From the NCBI RefSeq assembly GCF_009914755.1, contig NC_060934.1: a stretch of DNA of 64,000 bases; one strand, written 5' to 3'. Numbering within the stretch: position 1 is the stretch's first letter; each line of letters opens with the position of its first letter. Below the pieces are notes generated by a model. It was not told the origin of the DNA, did no database searches, and saw only the letters and a program-made list of their open reading frames with translations. The translations under genes and the position numbers were made by a program. The DNA is from the human T2T-CHM13v2.0 reference genome, Homo sapiens. Shown here piece by piece: positions 60,753-64,000 of the stretch.

Positions 60753-60772
60753 ATATATATATATATATATAT
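60753..60772. repeat. (AT)n microsatellite
   Basis: Direct reading. Confidence 0.85.
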
Positions 60773-61049
60773 GAAAACACATCCTATTTAAAGAATTAAA
60801 AGAGAAAGAGGCCTAACTTGGAGAAGTTCTGGATGAACTTCCAGATGGATTCCTCTGGGGGTTGGGGGAGGCTCTTCGTCAATGGCAAGAGAATCTTTTT
60901 CTCAATTATTTGATTGCCATTCAAGCCTTTCGGGGAGGAAATAAGCACCACACGTGGCGTGTAGTTATTGCACACAGACGTTAAGACTGAACCACTACCT
61001 GCTGGTCCCTTCACCAGCGTTACAACCCGTTCCTTGCAAGATAGGCAGG

Positions 61050-62420
<1,371 letters not shown>

Positions 62421-62849
62421 ATCCAAGCAATTTTAGAAACCCCGTTACTGCCCAGCTTGAATTAAAACTTCCTAGGATCAGAGGCAGTCAGACCCTCTGG
62501 GCTTTCTGCGAGTTTAGCGCACCTCCCTGGGCCAGTGGGTAGCCCTGCTCACTTTTACTACTCGAAGATTCCTTATTGTGCCATCCCCCACCGCACCCCA
62601 CCCCTGTTGGTTATTTTTTTTTCTTGAAAAAAATATAGGGGTAGCAAGATAAGACGGAAGAAGGGAAAGTGGAGGAGGAGAGGAATGATAAAACCAGGAA
62701 TGCCATTAGAAGGTAAAATGCATGCACTCTCAAATTCAAGGACCTGTGCTCTTGAGATCAATGACCATGAATTAAACTCTCCTCTTTCCAGCGTCCAACA
62801 CAAGAAATGAAGTCGGGGTTTCCCAAAACACCTTCATGATTTTTGTTTG

Positions 62850-63250
62850 CTTGTTTGGTGTCCTACCACCTGTACTACTATTGACTTAATATTTTTCTTT
62901 AAATGTCCTCAAATTTTTACTCAAATAAATTTATTTTAAAAAGAAACTTTGTATCATTTGTAAATGGAAAGCCTGTATAATTGGCTATAGTTGGAAAGTA
63001 ATTACAAAAATAGCTAAAATATGATGAACTATGTTATTGAAATCTCTCTAGATATTAATTAGTGCCTTCCAAAGCTCTCTGCCTCAAACTCCCTCTTTCT
63101 TTGTTATAAAGGGAGATATAGAATTAATTAGTCATATTACTATAATACCAAGCAGGAATGCTCCCTTGACCACATTAGTAACATTGAAAGAAAAGTACAA
63201 AGGGAATATCTTTCCTGGTTAGGTTTAGTCAAGTTAAAATCATGTCATAC
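62850..63250. mobile_element. Degenerate hAT-Charlie DNA transposon fragment (MER113-like)
   Basis: aagaaactttgtatcatttgtaaatggaaa...ctctttctttgttataaagggaga resembles the recalled consensus. Confidence 0.45.
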
Positions 63251-63549
63251 TTTTCTTAAAATCAAGTTGAAAAATTGCAAATTATGTGATTAATGTCTCC
63301 ATTAGTTGAGAAATATCTAACTGCTCACAAGAAGCTTAGAAGTTATTTCCAATACTGAGAGCTGAGAGAATTTTTGTTTTCTCCTGTGGGTCAGCATTCT
63401 CCCACATCTTACAGGAAACCCAGCAATGATTTCCTGGTGCAGTTTATTCTAGTTTATAGTGTCCTTCAATGTTGGCTGATGACACAGTGACCACACGCCA
63501 TTCAGTGAAGCGGAAGAGCATAGTGTGGCAGATGAATGCTGTGGAAGGA

Positions 63550-63760
63550 AGCAGTGTGCTGTGGGGGTTAGAGCCCTGTACCCACCAACCAGCTGACTTA
63601 GACGGCTCACTAAGTCACTTAGTAGTATTGTGCCTTTTGTCCTTCTGTAAATTTGGTACTAAACCTATCTACTCACGGGGTCATTGTGGGGATCAAATGA
63701 GTTAATCCATATGAAGGGCCTGGCAAGTGGTAAATGCTTGGTAGACATCAGTGATTATTG
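63550..63760 (+). mobile_element. MIR
   Basis: aagtcactta...ctgtaaatt...cattgtggggatcaaatgagttaatccat...cctggca. Confidence 0.7.
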
Positions 63761-64000
63761 GGAGGGCCAAGAAAGTTACGCCAGGGGAACTGCTCTTCGA
63801 TGATCTGAGACAAGTAATAACAGGATTGGAGTGGAGCAACATAACATTCCTGTCAAAAAACCCCAGATGAACACATCTGGAACTGAACAAGTTGAGTTTA
63901 TTACTTTTTTAGGGAGGGGGCACACTCCATGGGCCACTGTGGGGCGTCTCAGTATGAAAGTCTTAGAAAGGTTAAAAAGCATTGGAGATAACTTATTAGA

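Overview
Primate (almost certainly human) genomic DNA containing the complete TMEM26 gene on the minus strand. Six coding exons (61657-61847, 44937-45015, 39986-40099, 37693-37913, 22226-22302, 19089-19513; 191+79+114+221+77+425 = 1107 nt) all have GT-AG boundaries and splice in frame to a 368-aa multi-pass membrane protein. The promoter is a CpG island at about 61.0-62.4 kb and the 3' UTR runs to about 15.4 kb. The rest is intronic or intergenic sequence rich in transposon fossils: an L1PA7-like element, a near full-length ancient L1M with five nested insertions, a CR1/L3 fossil, L2, MIR, Alus, MaLR/ERV1 solo LTRs, and Tigger and hAT DNA transposons. Repeat subfamily names are from recalled consensus sequences, not a search. 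I cannot support a new gene or a new multi-gene system here. The most notable observations are small-scale. (1) A perfect 41-bp inverted duplication with a second interleaved inversion inside an L2 (11.8-12.1 kb). (2) A tail-less 106-bp internal L1 fragment captured inside a TA-rich repeat next to a matching L1. (3) A near-perfect 107-bp tandem duplication in intron 1. (4) Inverted Alus bracketing frameshifting exon 2. (5) A complex 5' leader with an in-frame CUG, an overlapping uORF, a competing donor and antisense donors.
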